A stretch of 40,241 bases of DNA from a virus (IMGVR_UViG_3300020181_000005:1-40241); one strand, 5' to 3'. Positions 8,117-15,195 are shown, counted from the stretch's first letter. Translations and numbers: made by a program. Notes: generated by a model from the letters alone, not told the origin.

Positions 8117-8150
8117 GCGCCGCGAGCCTTTTCGGGAGGGCTCGCGGCGC
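8117..8150. terminator. Bidirectional terminator hairpin between convergent transcription units
   Basis: The stem GCGCCGCGAGCC(TT)/(AG)GGCTCGCGGCGC is about 14 bp and is followed on the + strand by TTCGTCGTTT. It lies between the tRNA-like element and the 3' end of the reverse gene. Confidence 0.7.
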
Positions 8151-8159
8151 TTCGTCGTT

Positions 8160-8402
8160 TCAGTCGATCGTCACGCCCCGAAGAATCGCGGCGATCTCGC
8201 GCTCTGCGTCCTCGCGGGTGGGCACGTTCTCGATCGCGGTCGGTGCGCCGCTGTCGATGATCACGACGAGGCGCTGCAGCTGCGTCGAGTAGGTCGCGGT
8301 GACGGTGTGCGTCATGTAGTCGATGCGCAGCAGGTGGGAGACGGTGGGGCGCATGTTGCGGGGAGCGGCGGTCATCTTCACGGTGATCTTCGTTTGCGTC
8401 AT
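8160..8402 (-). CDS. hypothetical protein; the only reverse-strand gene (possible HicB-like or regulator; speculative)
   Basis: 80 aa (MTQTKITVKM...VPTREDAEREIAAILRGVTID) with strongly GC3-biased codons, unlike the overlapping + strand ORFs. A good promoter sits directly upstream, and there is no SD sequence (leaderless). Confidence 0.7.
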   Translation of the reverse strand: MTQTKITVKMTAAPRNMRPTVSHLLRIDYMTHTVTATYSTQLQRLVVIIDSGAPTAIENVPTREDAEREIAAILRGVTID

Positions 8403-8437
8403 GGATACATAGTAAGCAATCCAGTCGGCTATCTCAA
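8402..8437 (-). promoter_or_regulatory. Sigma70-type promoter for the reverse gene (leaderless)
   Basis: On the - strand: TTGAGA (8437-8432), a 17-bp spacer, TACTAT (8414-8409), 6 nt, then ATG (8402). Confidence 0.6.
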
Positions 8438-8462
8438 ACCGTCGCCCTCTGGCGTGTCCAGC

Positions 8463-8500
8463 TTGCGCGGTGTCGTCGGCCACCTGTAACTTCGTTCTCA
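8463..8500 (+). promoter_or_regulatory. Promoter-family copy A (leaderless)
   Basis: TTGCGC (8463) - 18 bp - TAACTT (8487) - CGTTCTC - ATG (8500). The segment is homologous to copy B over about 45 bp. Confidence 0.55.
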
Positions 8501-8706
8501 TGAGCGAAGCGAAGAACATCCGCAAGATCCTGACCGGCCTCGAGCAGCAGGGAGCACGCGTGAAGCCGACCCGCGACGGCTGGCAGATCCTGTGCCCATC
8601 GGGAGACATAGTGACGATGCACGGCACTGAGTCAGATCACCGGGCGATGCGCAACACGCGCAGTCGAATCAAGCGAGCCGGTCTGCAGTGGCCGCTCGAC
8701 AAGTGA
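8500..8706 (+). CDS. HicA-like small protein (tentative)
   Basis: 68 aa. IRKILTGLEQQGARVKPTRDGWQILCPSGDIVTMHGTESDHRAMRNTRSRIKRAGLQW resembles the HicA/YcfA toxin fold pattern. GC3 is lower than in the neighbours. The ATG lies exactly 7 nt after TAACTT. Confidence 0.4.
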   Translation: MSEAKNIRKILTGLEQQGARVKPTRDGWQILCPSGDIVTMHGTESDHRAMRNTRSRIKRAGLQWPLDK

Positions 8707-8717
8707 AGGGAGGCGGC

Positions 8718-9056
8718 GTGGCCGTCACAGATGAAGTGCGCATGGCGATCTACACCGAGGCGATGGGCGACCAGCCCAGTCGAGAGCTGACGCATCTCGA
8801 GCGCGCGGAGTACCACGCGGACAAGGCGTTCGAGCTCGCGCACTCGAACGCCCCGGAGCACGCTCAGCAGTCGCTGGTGCATTCGCAGCTCGCGAGCGTG
8901 CAGCTGCAGCTCGACGCTCTGAAGCGCGCGGAGATCGACCCTGAGCTCGTGCGACTCGCTCGCGATGGGCGCGACGCGATCGGGGCTGATTGGCCGCGCG
9001 GCGTGCTTGAGGCCCTGGTGGCGTTCATCGAGTACGTCGAGCACGCGAAGGGGTAG
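8718..9056 (+). CDS. hypothetical protein
   Basis: A GGGAGG ribosome-binding site lies 5-6 nt upstream of the GTG. 112 aa. Confidence 0.6.
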   Translation: MAVTDEVRMAIYTEAMGDQPSRELTHLERAEYHADKAFELAHSNAPEHAQQSLVHSQLASVQLQLDALKRAEIDPELVRLARDGRDAIGADWPRGVLEALVAFIEYVEHAKG

Positions 9057-9067
9057 GACACGCCGAA

Positions 9068-9100
9068 AGGTGCCCAGCTTGCACGTCGAGCTGGGCACCT
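9068..9100 (+). terminator. Terminator-like hairpin that encloses the -35 of promoter B
   Basis: A perfect 12-bp stem AGGTGCCCAGCT/AGCTGGGCACCT with a 9-nt loop. Confidence 0.6.
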
Positions 9101-9115
9101 GTAACTTAGTTCTCA
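9079..9115 (+). promoter_or_regulatory. Promoter-family copy B
   Basis: TTGCAC (9079) - 17 bp - TAACTT (9102) - AGTTCTC - A (9115). Confidence 0.6.
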
Positions 9116-9157
9116 CGACGCGAACAGCGTCACTCACTCCCAACAGAAAGACACACC

Positions 9158-10177
9158 ATGTCGCACGAACTGAACGAACTCGCCCCCGGCCAGCACTCCT
9201 ACGTCGGCGCCCGCGTCGACGCGTGGCACCGTCTCGGCGTCACCCTCGAGAGCACCTTCGACGCGCAGACCGCGCTCGAGAAGGGACTGCTCGCGAACTG
9301 GGACGTCCGCAAGGTGCCGCTGCTCGCCGTCGACGACAAGAGCGACCGGCAGCTCGAAGTCGACAACCGCTGGGCGACCGTCTACACGAACCCCCTCACC
9401 AAGCAGACGCAGTACCTCGGCGTCGTCGGCTCGCACTACGAGCCCATTCAGAATGAGACGCACGTCGATCTGCTGAATGCGATCGTCGACGAGAGCGGCG
9501 CGCACTTCGAGACGGCTGGATCTCTGCGCGGCGGCAAAGAGACGTTCGTCACGATGAAGATGCCGAAGACGATGCAGATCGGCGGGCAGGATCCGGTCGA
9601 CCTCTACCTCGTCGCGCTGAACAGCCACGACGCGAGCAGCGCATTCCGGTTCCTGATCACGCCCGTCCGCGTCGTCTGCGCCAACACTCAGGCCGCAGCG
9701 CTCGGCAGCGCACAGTCGTCGTTCTCGATCCGCCACGTGCGCGGCGCTCAGGGCCACGTGCAGGAAGCGCGCGAGGCGCTCGGGCTGACCTTCGCGTACC
9801 TCGACGCGTTCGAGCTCGAAGCTCAGCAGATGATCGAGAAGACGCTGACCGACAAGACCTTCGAGAAGGTCACCGCGCGCCTCTTCGACGCCGACGTCGC
9901 CACGACGACGCGTCAGAAGAAGACCGCAGCGCAGCACATCGAGGGCGTAATGAGCCTGTGGCACGGCGACTCGCCCACCATGAAGGACGTGAAGGGCACC
10001 CGCTGGGGCGGTTACCAGGCGATCACCGAGTACGCCGATCACTTCATGGACGTCCGCGCCGGAGGGCGCGACGTGACGCTCGCCCGGGCGGTGCGCACCG
10101 TCACGAGCAAGCCGACGATGCAGCTGAAGGAGCGCGCCTTCGCAACGCTCTCCCGCAAGGTGCTGGCGTTCGCGTGA
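9158..10177 (+). CDS. DUF932-like (phage/plasmid-like protein family) protein
   Basis: 339 aa. ...WHRLG...YLGVVGSHYEPIQNE...GGKETFVTMKMP...LYLVALNSHDASSAFRFLITPVRVVCANT... matches the DUF932/TIGR03299-type pattern as I remember it. Confidence 0.6.
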   Translation: MSHELNELAPGQHSYVGARVDAWHRLGVTLESTFDAQTALEKGLLANWDVRKVPLLAVDDKSDRQLEVDNRWATVYTNPLTKQTQYLGVVGSHYEPIQNETHVDLLNAIVDESGAHFETAGSLRGGKETFVTMKMPKTMQIGGQDPVDLYLVALNSHDASSAFRFLITPVRVVCANTQAAALGSAQSSFSIRHVRGAQGHVQEAREALGLTFAYLDAFELEAQQMIEKTLTDKTFEKVTARLFDADVATTTRQKKTAAQHIEGVMSLWHGDSPTMKDVKGTRWGGYQAITEYADHFMDVRAGGRDVTLARAVRTVTSKPTMQLKERAFATLSRKVLAFA

Positions 10178-10182
10178 CCCGC

Positions 10183-10212
10183 AGGGGGCGAGCTCACACG
10201 AGCTCGCCCCCT
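10183..10212 (+). terminator. Terminator-like hairpin after the DUF932-like gene
   Basis: A perfect 12-bp stem AGGGGGCGAGCT/AGCTCGCCCCCT with a 6-nt loop. Confidence 0.6.
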
Positions 10213-10218
10213 CTCGTG

Positions 10219-10232
10219 TAACATTGTTCGCA
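10219..10232 (+). promoter_or_regulatory. Promoter-family copy C (-10 only; leaderless)
   Basis: TAACAT (10219) - TGTTCGC - ATG (10232), the same 7-nt geometry as copy A. There is no clear -35. Confidence 0.4.
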
Positions 10233-10480
10233 TGACGACAGCGAAGCTACTCACGCTCAGCGATATCGCGGAGCGCATCGACGTCGGTGTCGACTCGATC
10301 CGCGTCTATCACCAGCGCGCATCGAAGAACCGGCGCGACGGCAACCCGCGCCCCGGAGATCTCCCCGCACCCGATCGCTACTACGGTCGATCCCCCGTCT
10401 GGAAGCTCGCGCAGATCATGGCCTGGGAGCGTTCTCGCCCCGGTCGCGGCGCGGGCGGCGGACGCAAACCCACCAGCTGA
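10232..10480 (+). CDS. Helix-turn-helix DNA-binding protein (excisionase/MerR-like)
   Basis: LLTLSDIAERIDVGVDSIRVY...PAPDRYYGRSPVWKLAQIMAWERSRPGRG is typical of actinophage Xis-type HTH proteins. Confidence 0.65.
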   Translation: MTTAKLLTLSDIAERIDVGVDSIRVYHQRASKNRRDGNPRPGDLPAPDRYYGRSPVWKLAQIMAWERSRPGRGAGGGRKPTS

Positions 10481-10494
10481 AAGAGAGCCACACC

Positions 10495-10638
10495 ATGAAG
10501 CCTCGTCTCTCGCTCCCCGTGTTCATCGGGAAGTACATCGTCGGCCCGCTCGTGCTGATCCTCGCGGCGCTCATCGTCGTCGCCGCGATCGTCGCCGTCG
10601 CGCGGCTGATCGTCGGCATGCTGTCGGGGTCGCTGTGA
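10495..10638 (+). CDS. small membrane protein (47 aa)
   Basis: Not in the ORF track because it is under 60 aa. GAGCCACACC-ATG; MKPRLSLPVFIGKYIVGPLVLILAALIVVAAIVAVARLIVGMLSGSL has one TM helix. Its stop overlaps the next GTG. Confidence 0.5.
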   Translation: MKPRLSLPVFIGKYIVGPLVLILAALIVVAAIVAVARLIVGMLSGSL

Positions 10639-10850
10639 GCGAGCTCGAGCGACGGCAGCGACTCACGCGCGGCAACCGCAAGTCGAAGACTCACTGGGTT
10701 CGCTACGTCGAGGCGGGCGTTATGGGTGGCCGCTTCGTCACTCTCTGCCGCAAGCGGATGGGCGTGAACGAGTCGAAGCAGGTCTGGGATCGCGTCGACT
10801 GCGTCCCCTGCGTGCAGGGCAAGGTCGAGCACGACCGGCTGCAGCGGTGA
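10635..10850 (+). CDS. hypothetical Cys-containing small protein
   Basis: GTGA coupling; 71 aa; ...LCRKRMG...CVPCVQ. Confidence 0.55.
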   Translation: MSELERRQRLTRGNRKSKTHWVRYVEAGVMGGRFVTLCRKRMGVNESKQVWDRVDCVPCVQGKVEHDRLQR

Positions 10851-11140
10851 GCATCGTCAGCGACGCGATCGCCACGTGGCGGCTCTGCAGGGCCGACTTC
10901 GAGGACTACCGGATCGCCGAGTATCTGAAGGCTGAGCAGGCATGCAATGGCCGACTGCTGAATCGGCGGGGCATCGACGCGGGTGTCGACTCCCTCGATC
11001 TGTTCATGGGCAATGAGATCCGGGCGCACGCGTACGCGAGTGAAGAGCTGCTCGAGTGGTGGCGCTCGCATCCGCGCCCTGTGTATGAAGCGTTCGAGCG
11101 CCAGTGGGTGCAGATACGGGAGGCGGAACGTGGCTACTGA
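10847..11140 (+). CDS. hypothetical protein
   Basis: GTGA coupling; 97 aa. Confidence 0.6.
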   Translation: MSIVSDAIATWRLCRADFEDYRIAEYLKAEQACNGRLLNRRGIDAGVDSLDLFMGNEIRAHAYASEELLEWWRSHPRPVYEAFERQWVQIREAERGY

Positions 11141-11402
11141 GGAAGAGCTGCACGAAGAGATCTCGACCGTCGGCGAGCAGATTGGGCGGCTGGTGCAGCG
11201 TCACGCTGAGCTGCGAGCTCTCTGCACCGGCGACCCTCTGATCGCGAACCCGTACGTGCGCGGCTGGGCTGTCGCCTACGAGTACACGAGTCACCAGCTC
11301 GAGATCGCCGAGCAGTCGGGGCGGGGCGTGATCATCCCCGACGGGCAGATGATCAGCGCCTCACTGGGGCTGGGCGTGCATCTGCAGGACAGGTTCACGT
11401 GA
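11130..11402 (+). CDS. hypothetical protein
   Basis: A GGGAGG site lies 6 nt upstream of the GTG at 11130. 90 aa. Confidence 0.55.
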   Translation: MATEEELHEEISTVGEQIGRLVQRHAELRALCTGDPLIANPYVRGWAVAYEYTSHQLEIAEQSGRGVIIPDGQMISASLGLGVHLQDRFT

Positions 11403-11650
11403 TCGAGGCACCGAAGCTCGAGCCTGTGCCGACCGTGAAGGAGCTCGTGCGTAATCAGCTGGCCGAGCCGATCGCGCAGTCGCACTATCGGATCTCCCCT
11501 GAGGGGCAGCAGATCGTCTACGACGTCATGGCCCGTAACGCGGCGAAGCTGCGCGAGTATAACGAGCAGCGGGCGGCGCTGAAGCGTGCAGTGCGTCGTC
11601 GTGCGCAGGCTGCTGCTGTCGACTGGGCTGCAGACGCGTTCGCTGAGTAG
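11399..11650 (+). CDS. hypothetical protein
   Basis: GTGA coupling; 83 aa. Confidence 0.6.
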   Translation: MIEAPKLEPVPTVKELVRNQLAEPIAQSHYRISPEGQQIVYDVMARNAAKLREYNEQRAALKRAVRRRAQAAAVDWAADAFAE

Positions 11651-11662
11651 CAGCGGGTCGGC

Positions 11663-11699
11663 TTGCGCTCGCCCCTCGGAGCGCGTAACTTAGTTCTCG
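11663..11699 (+). promoter_or_regulatory. Promoter-family copy D
   Basis: TTGCGC (11663) - 17 bp - TAACTT (11686) - AGTTCTC - G (11699). A weak 6-7 bp hairpin (11665-11684) overlaps it. Confidence 0.55.
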
Positions 11700-11730
11700 T
11701 CATCGCAACACTCCCAATGAAAGGCACACC

Positions 11731-12153
11731 ATGACCGGATACAACAAGGCGCTGGTCCTACAGGGCGTCCGCGACGAGCTCGCGGAAGCCACGCGCCGCG
11801 CCGACGTCGCCCACCAGAAGGCGCGCGCCGACTGGCAGAGCTCCGCCGAGCGGATCGGAAAGCTGCGCCGCGAAGCTCTCACCATCGTCGCGACCGCGCT
11901 CGCAATCGACGACGACGAAGAGCGCGCCCAGTACCTGTTCCCGAAGGGACGCATGTATAACAGCCCTCTGAACAGGCTCGAGGATGCAGGCCACCCGATC
12001 CCGCCCGAGCCGGAACGCGTGGTCACTCACCGCGAGAAGCAGCTGCAGAACGTCATCGCGATCATCGAGTCGGCAGACGCGCCGACCGTCACCGTGGCTG
12101 ATCTGCGTGCGCTCGGTGTGCTGCAGTTCGTCGCTGTCCCGAAGGGAGCCTGA
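11731..12153 (+). CDS. hypothetical protein
   Basis: Preceded by the conserved leader ACTCCCAATGAAAGGCACACC-ATG. 140 aa. Confidence 0.7.
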   Translation: MTGYNKALVLQGVRDELAEATRRADVAHQKARADWQSSAERIGKLRREALTIVATALAIDDDEERAQYLFPKGRMYNSPLNRLEDAGHPIPPEPERVVTHREKQLQNVIAIIESADAPTVTVADLRALGVLQFVAVPKGA

Positions 12154-12155
12154 TC

Positions 12156-12551
12156 ATGGTCAGCGTTCGACAGCACCAGCTCGTCGCAGCGCGCGCCGAG
12201 CTCGAGCGTGCCCAGGGTGAGCGTCGCGCAGCAGAGGCGCGTGTCCGCATGATCGAGCAGCGCATCGAGAAGCTGCGCCGCACGCCGAACGAGCCGGTCG
12301 GAGAGGGAGCGATCGTGTCGTTCGCGATCCGGTTCAATCCTCCCGGCTTCGGCTCGCAGCAGGTCTACCGCTACGCCGCGATCCGCTCGCGCTCGCGCTG
12401 GTTCACGACCGGCTCGTCCTGCCCGGCGAACGGCTACAGCTGGGGCGAGCTCTGCGCGTTCATCGACGAGCATGTCGTGTTCGAGCCGCTGGCCGTGCTG
12501 AAGACGTCGAACCGGCTCACCGCCGCGCTGCTCGAGGGGATCCAGTCGTGA
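12156..12551 (+). CDS. hypothetical protein
   Basis: 131 aa, starting 2 nt after the upstream stop. Confidence 0.65.
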   Translation: MVSVRQHQLVAARAELERAQGERRAAEARVRMIEQRIEKLRRTPNEPVGEGAIVSFAIRFNPPGFGSQQVYRYAAIRSRSRWFTTGSSCPANGYSWGELCAFIDEHVVFEPLAVLKTSNRLTAALLEGIQS

Positions 12552-12631
12552 TCCTCGTCTTCGCCGCCGTCTACGTTATGGCGGTCTGCGCGACGCTCTC
12601 GGCGCTCGACACCTGGCGGGAGCTGCGGTGA
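12548..12631 (+). CDS. possible 27-aa hydrophobic peptide
   Basis: GTGA-coupled at both ends (VILVFAAVYVMAVCATLSALDTWRELR). It fills an otherwise non-coding gap. Weak call. Confidence 0.3.
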   Translation: MILVFAAVYVMAVCATLSALDTWRELR

Positions 12632-12831
12632 GGGACTTCGACGAGCTCGCCGATGCGGGCGACGACAAGCGCACCGCAGATCGCGAGCAGCGCGCCCTCG
12701 AGCAGCACAACACCTGGTCATGGGGCTGCGCCGTCCCGACCGATGAGAGAGCGAACGGCGACGCACTCGACGCGCTCGCTGTCTGCTCGATCTGCGAACC
12801 GAAGACTCCCGACGCTCAGTCGGGTAACTGA
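12628..12831 (+). CDS. hypothetical acidic protein
   Basis: 67 aa. Confidence 0.55.
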   Translation: MRDFDELADAGDDKRTADREQRALEQHNTWSWGCAVPTDERANGDALDALAVCSICEPKTPDAQSGN

Positions 12832-12844
12832 GAAGGAGAACACC

Positions 12845-13075
12845 ATGCAGGGAACTGACCAGCCGAAGACTCGCCGCGCATCGCTGGGCGAGTGGCTGAC
12901 CAGCAAGATGGGGCTGCAGCGCATGCTGCTGCAGCGCATGAACGACGACGAGCGGCAGCGCCCCGGCACCATGTACCTCGGCACCGCTGACGCGAAGAAG
13001 GTCGCGAAGCGGCGCGCGAAGAACCGCGTCGCCCGCCGCAGCCGCGCGATCAACCGGAGGGTGGCGAAGCGATGA
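12845..13075 (+). CDS. hypothetical basic protein
   Basis: GAGAAGGAGAACACC-ATG; 76 aa with a Lys/Arg-rich C-terminus. Confidence 0.6.
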   Translation: MQGTDQPKTRRASLGEWLTSKMGLQRMLLQRMNDDERQRPGTMYLGTADAKKVAKRRAKNRVARRSRAINRRVAKR

Positions 13076-13602
13076 GCCGCAAGCAGCATGAGCTGAAGGT
13101 GGGCGACCGTGTCCGCTTCACGAACGAGGCACGCGCCCGCTCATTCCTCCGACGGACCGACGGGCATGTTCACGTCGTGCAGGCGCTCGCAGATCCCGAC
13201 GAGGCGAACGTGCAGCTCGAGGACGGAGAGATCTGGGACGGCAAGCTCTTCGACCGCATCGAGTTCGGATGGGCGCGACGCGACGACGAGTCCGTCGACG
13301 AGGCGCGCACCCGCATCATCCAGGAGGCTATCGGCGCGGCGTCCGTCTGCTGGGTCGAGAGCGACGGCGAACGGATCTTCGACGCGGAGCTCGCTCTCGA
13401 GATCGCCCACCAGCTCAAGGCCGCTCTGACAGATCTCGCCGAACCGCCGCGCACGTCGGGCGTCTACCGGCAGGCGTCGCTGCAGCTCGCTGTCGCCACG
13501 CTCTCCAAGTGCGAGACGTGGAACACGGACATGGTCGTGCCGCTCGCCGCGCAGTACGACCTGTTCCTCGAGTCGGGCGCCGCGCCCGGAGCTGTCGGAT
13601 GA
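13072..13602 (+). CDS. hypothetical protein
   Basis: ATGA coupling; 176 aa. Confidence 0.65.
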   Translation: MSRKQHELKVGDRVRFTNEARARSFLRRTDGHVHVVQALADPDEANVQLEDGEIWDGKLFDRIEFGWARRDDESVDEARTRIIQEAIGAASVCWVESDGERIFDAELALEIAHQLKAALTDLAEPPRTSGVYRQASLQLAVATLSKCETWNTDMVVPLAAQYDLFLESGAAPGAVG

Positions 13603-13826
13603 ACCTCGGCGAGCGCGCGGCGCTCTCTGTCGCCGTGCTGCTCGTCGCGGCGGGCTTCGCGGTCGGTGTCGTCTATCTGATCGTGCTCACTGAAGGCGTG
13701 CTGCTCGCGGTGCTGTTCATCGGCGCCGTCGGCGCGTACATGAGCTTCGTCACCGTCCTGGGCGCATGGACGGTCGCGGGCTGGCTGCTGAAGCTGCGAC
13801 GCAAGCGGAAAGGGGTAAGCGAGTGA
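13599..13826 (+). CDS. membrane protein (2 TM)
   Basis: ATGA coupling. MNLGERAALSVAVLLVAAGFAVGVVYLIVL...AVGAYMSFVTVLGAWTVAGWLL. Confidence 0.6.
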   Translation: MNLGERAALSVAVLLVAAGFAVGVVYLIVLTEGVLLAVLFIGAVGAYMSFVTVLGAWTVAGWLLKLRRKRKGVSE

Positions 13827-14002
13827 GGACAGTGATCAAGTACGAGGCGCGCGGGGACGGAACGCCGACACCGGGCGAGCTGATCGCCGCGCTCTCCGAG
13901 TTCCCCGCTGACGCGAAGCTGCAGACGCTGCGTCTGCTCGACTCGCAGCGTGACGGGGTGTCCTGGGAGATCGTCGCTGTCGTCGTGGCGGGTGAGCTGT
14001 GA
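13823..14002 (+). CDS. hypothetical protein
   Basis: GTGA coupling; 59 aa. Confidence 0.5.
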   Translation: MRTVIKYEARGDGTPTPGELIAALSEFPADAKLQTLRLLDSQRDGVSWEIVAVVVAGEL

Positions 14003-14712
14003 TCGCCCCCGACTCGTTCGCCGGAAGTTCGGGCGAACACGAAGCGAACAGCGACGAGCAGCAGTGCGAGGCGCTGGCGCGCGTCCAATGGGATAGCGAC
14101 GCGGACAACAACGGGATGACGTGGGATGAACTGACCAGCAAAGCGGCAGCCCGCTTAGTCGATTACGCCGAGAATCGGGAGTACTGGCTGAACGCCGCGG
14201 GGGCGGCCATCGCTGCAGGCTGGGTGTCCCCGGAGGTTCACGCTGCCGCGATCCGGGAAGCCGCCGCAGCACAGGCCGTCATCGACGCCGCGCTCGCGCC
14301 GCACCGGGAGGGTGTCGCATACGCAGACGATATTGCCGAAGGGACCGACGTTCCCGAGGACTACGAGCGCCACTACTGCGATTGGGATGGCGAGGACTGG
14401 CCGTGTTCGATGGTCCGCGTCCTGTCCGCCGCCCCGCACGACGCGCTCGACTCCAAGCTCCGGGAAGCGCGCGCCGCAGCGGTCCAGGAGTACCACGAGC
14501 GGCGCGAGGCCGGTCAGTCGCACTACTCGATCCTTCGCGACATGGGTGCGCTCTCCGAACAGGAGGCGGCCAGCCCCGAGACGCCCGCCCAGTGCCTCAG
14601 CTGCGACGAGCCGCGCGCCGACTCTGGCGAAGGTCGCTACTGCGGCCAGTGCCAGGACTACGAGGGCACCTGCATAAACGATCACTGCCTCACGTGCGGG
14701 GCGTCGACGTGA
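13999..14712 (+). CDS. hypothetical acidic protein with a Cys-rich C-terminus
   Basis: 237 aa. The C-terminal CLSCDEP...YCGQCQDYEGTCINDHCLTCG is zinc-ribbon-like. Confidence 0.65.
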   Translation: MIAPDSFAGSSGEHEANSDEQQCEALARVQWDSDADNNGMTWDELTSKAAARLVDYAENREYWLNAAGAAIAAGWVSPEVHAAAIREAAAAQAVIDAALAPHREGVAYADDIAEGTDVPEDYERHYCDWDGEDWPCSMVRVLSAAPHDALDSKLREARAAAVQEYHERREAGQSHYSILRDMGALSEQEAASPETPAQCLSCDEPRADSGEGRYCGQCQDYEGTCINDHCLTCGAST

Positions 14713-14969
14713 ACTCGTTCCTGCTGCCCGCGACGACACCGCTCGTGACCCGCTCCCCGCTCGTCACTCCCGGCACGGCGATCATCATCGACGGGCCCCA
14801 GTTCGAGGACGGGCGCCGCCGCATCGTCGCACCCGCCGACTGGGGCGACGACGTCGTGAAAGCGGTCGAGCTCGTGCTGAGAGAAGTCGAGCATGACGAA
14901 GGGCGCGCCCGCTGGCTCGCTGACCTGCTCACGAAGACCCCGCCGCGCGACGGCATCGCGCCCAACTGA
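14709..14969 (+). CDS. hypothetical protein
   Basis: GTGA coupling; 86 aa. Confidence 0.55.
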   Translation: MNSFLLPATTPLVTRSPLVTPGTAIIIDGPQFEDGRRRIVAPADWGDDVVKAVELVLREVEHDEGRARWLADLLTKTPPRDGIAPN

Positions 14970-14982
14970 GAGAGAGAAGCAC

Positions 14983-15132
14983 ATGACCGAAGCACAGATG
15001 CAGGAGTTCCGCGAGCGGCTGCAGAAGGCGATCCAGGACTGGCCGGATGCCGAGAGCGTCGAGATCGTGGACGGCGACGTGCTCGCCTCGTTCCCCGACT
15101 TCGATATCGCTGTGATGATCGAGCCCGTCTGA
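14983..15132 (+). CDS. hypothetical small acidic protein
   Basis: GAGAGAGAAGCAC-ATG; 49 aa. Confidence 0.45.
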   Translation: MTEAQMQEFRERLQKAIQDWPDAESVEIVDGDVLASFPDFDIAVMIEPV

Positions 15133-15153
15133 GCACGCCCGTCTCCTGACGCT

Positions 15154-15195
15154 GAACGCCGTCCCGTGAGTCCTTCGTCGACCGGGGCGGCGTTC
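15154..15195 (+). terminator. Hairpin separating the small-gene block from the packaging genes
   Basis: A 13-bp stem GAACGCCGTCCCG/CGGGGCGGCGTTC (one G-U pair) with a 16-nt loop. There is no clear U-tract. Confidence 0.5.

Noticed and set aside
7981-8489. Plus-strand ORFs 7981-8292 and 8055-8489 in the only region without a forward gene
   Set aside because: They run through the tRNA-like element, the bidirectional terminator and the antisense of the well-supported reverse gene. Their products are Arg/Gly/Ala-rich with no start context.
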